Shown here piece by piece: positions 37,039-38,034 of a stretch of 38,034 nucleotides of DNA. The notes beneath the pieces are model-generated. The model made no database searches, was not told where the DNA came from, and worked only from the letters and a program-made list of their open reading frames with translations. Origin of the DNA: Thermoproteaceae archaeon. GTDB taxonomy: Archaea; Thermoproteota; Thermoprotei; Thermoproteales; Thermoproteaceae. The stretch covers positions 1 through 38,034 of the forward strand of contig JAJHRB010000005.1 of assembly GCA_020833025.1 (NCBI GenBank), in the 5' to 3' direction. The translations under genes were made by a program, and so were the position numbers. Numbering within the stretch: the stretch's first letter is position 1; each line of letters starts with the position of its first letter.

Positions 37039-37060
37039 GCGGGCAAACCCGCACTTTTTT
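37039..37060 (+). terminator. Hairpin plus T-tract terminator
   Basis: GCGGG-CAAA-CCCGC followed by AC and T6, 10 nt after the microprotein stop. Confidence 0.55.
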
Positions 37061-37178
37061 CTACTCCCCGCCTGCACTCATTACGAACCCGAGACGCCTG
37101 TGGAGCGACGGCTCCCGCCAGCCCGCTCTTGACCATCCGGTTCCGCCCCCTCACGATCGCTGCGTACTCACACGCTGA

Positions 37179-37600
37179 GGCGTTCTTCTGCCGCCCCTCA
37201 CCGCGGGGGCTCCCCTCGGCAGAGCCGCGGCGAGAGTCGCCGAGACTGAGGAGGACTACAGAGAGACTGTCAACCTCTTGGCCGGATCCTCGCGGATCGC
37301 CGAGAGGCCCGACGCCGTGCTTATGGCCAGGCTCGACTGGATGTTAAGGCAGAAGCAGATAAGAGCGGCGTCCCTCGCGCGGTCCCTGGCCGTGCTGTTC
37401 GAGATGTACGTAATAGCGGTCCAGCTCCTGCCCATACTTATAACTTAGTCATAATATCGCTGTCCCTCAGCCCCTCGGGCCTCTACGGATGGGGCCCCTC
37501 TCCCTCGACCCGCTGACCGTGCTAGCGGTCTCCGGCCTTACAGCCCGCTGGCGGGCGCAATATTCTATTTCGATTCCCTGAATTATTATGGCCGATCTGC
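37179..37600 (+). pseudogene. Degraded fragment resembling a type II secretion/pilus F-family (ArlJ/TadC-like) membrane protein
   Basis: The open frame 37179-37448 has no clear start: LTAGAPLGRAAARVAETEEDYRETVNLLAGSSRIAERPDAVLMARLDWMLRQKQIRAASLARSLAVLFEMYVIAVQLLPILIT*. Hydrophobic sequence continues in shifted frames (VIISLSLSPSGLY; PLSLDPLTVLAVSGL; PLAGAIFYF). The right boundary is approximate. Confidence 0.5.
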
Positions 37601-38006
37601 GTTTCGCGATCTGCCGGCGCGTAGCCCATCGGCGGCGCCTCACGCCGTCCGCGGGGAGCTCGCGCCGCCCCCTCCGGCGAGACGTCGTGTGACCTGATTC
37701 ATACGCATCCCGGCGCCCGGGCTGAAGGCGTACGCGTCCAGCTGGGCGTTGACCGACCGCTACGCGGCGATGCCGCAGGCCGGCTACTCTGCCGTTTTAT
37801 CCAGTTTCCCATTTCGCGGCCGCCGGGGAGGTCGCGCTTTACGGCGTGCAGTAGTCCAAAATCTCCATATACCGGGGCTGTGGCGGCCGCGGGTCTGAAG
37901 TGTATAGAGGTGGGGCGGCTCCTTTACTGGGCTGTGTCGGCGATGTTGGTGGCGTGCTGGGCCGGAGGCAGCGTGGATTTCGACTTTGGGGGGGGGGCTG
38001 GGAGTC

Positions 38007-38034
38007 ATGGGCCTCGACCTTCTCACGGCGCTTT
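38007..38034 (+). CDS. Possible start of a gene running off the right edge (MGLDLLTAL...)
   Basis: ATG preceded by GGGAG. Only 9 codons are visible. Confidence 0.25.

Noticed and set aside
1-38034. The many overlapping alternative-frame and antisense ORFs in the six-frame track (e.g. 3814-4455, 5993-6526, 13858-14397, 17368-18411, 20117-20785, 29483-30460, 31979-32695)
   Set aside because: They overlap well-supported genes, are Arg/Ala/Pro-rich and lack motifs, as expected for shadow ORFs in GC-rich DNA.
1-38034. CRISPR array, rRNA, tRNA, IS element
   Set aside because: I saw no regularly spaced repeats, cloverleaf signatures, transposase motifs or terminal inverted repeats.

Overview
A GC-rich, gene-dense archaeal window, most likely Thermoproteaceae (Pyrobaculum/Thermoproteus-like), judged from the archaeal-type DsrAB/DsrC, PpcA, PurP, GHMP shikimate kinase and TATA boxes ~20-25 nt before start codons. 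From left to right: (1) an aromatic-biosynthesis remnant (truncated shikimate kinase; AroD-chorismate mutase fusion), a coiled-coil ORF, a GPN GTPase-DUF429 pair and DUF504; (2) a 12-kb de novo purine cluster (purM, purF-like lacking Cys1, purQ, purS, purD, purC, folD, purN, purF, purL, purE, purP); (3) ppcA, a beta-CASP metallo-hydrolase and a split LutA/LutB-like Fe-S oxidoreductase operon; (4) a ~15.5-kb dissimilatory sulfite-reduction locus containing a CbiA/DsrN amidase, SUMT, two winged-helix proteins, dsrC, a frameshifted ORF between dsrB and dsrC, dsrB, dsrA, two non-equivalent DsrM-like and two DsrK-like genes in a nested arrangement, a Nox/CoADR-type flavoprotein, a radical SAM protein, a YeiH exporter and a membrane microprotein; (5) a decayed type II secretion F-like fragment at the right end. 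I found no CRISPR array, rRNA, tRNA or intact transposase. All calls come from motif recognition by eye. No database searches were run, and several start codons were moved from the ORF track using promoter spacing and family N-termini.
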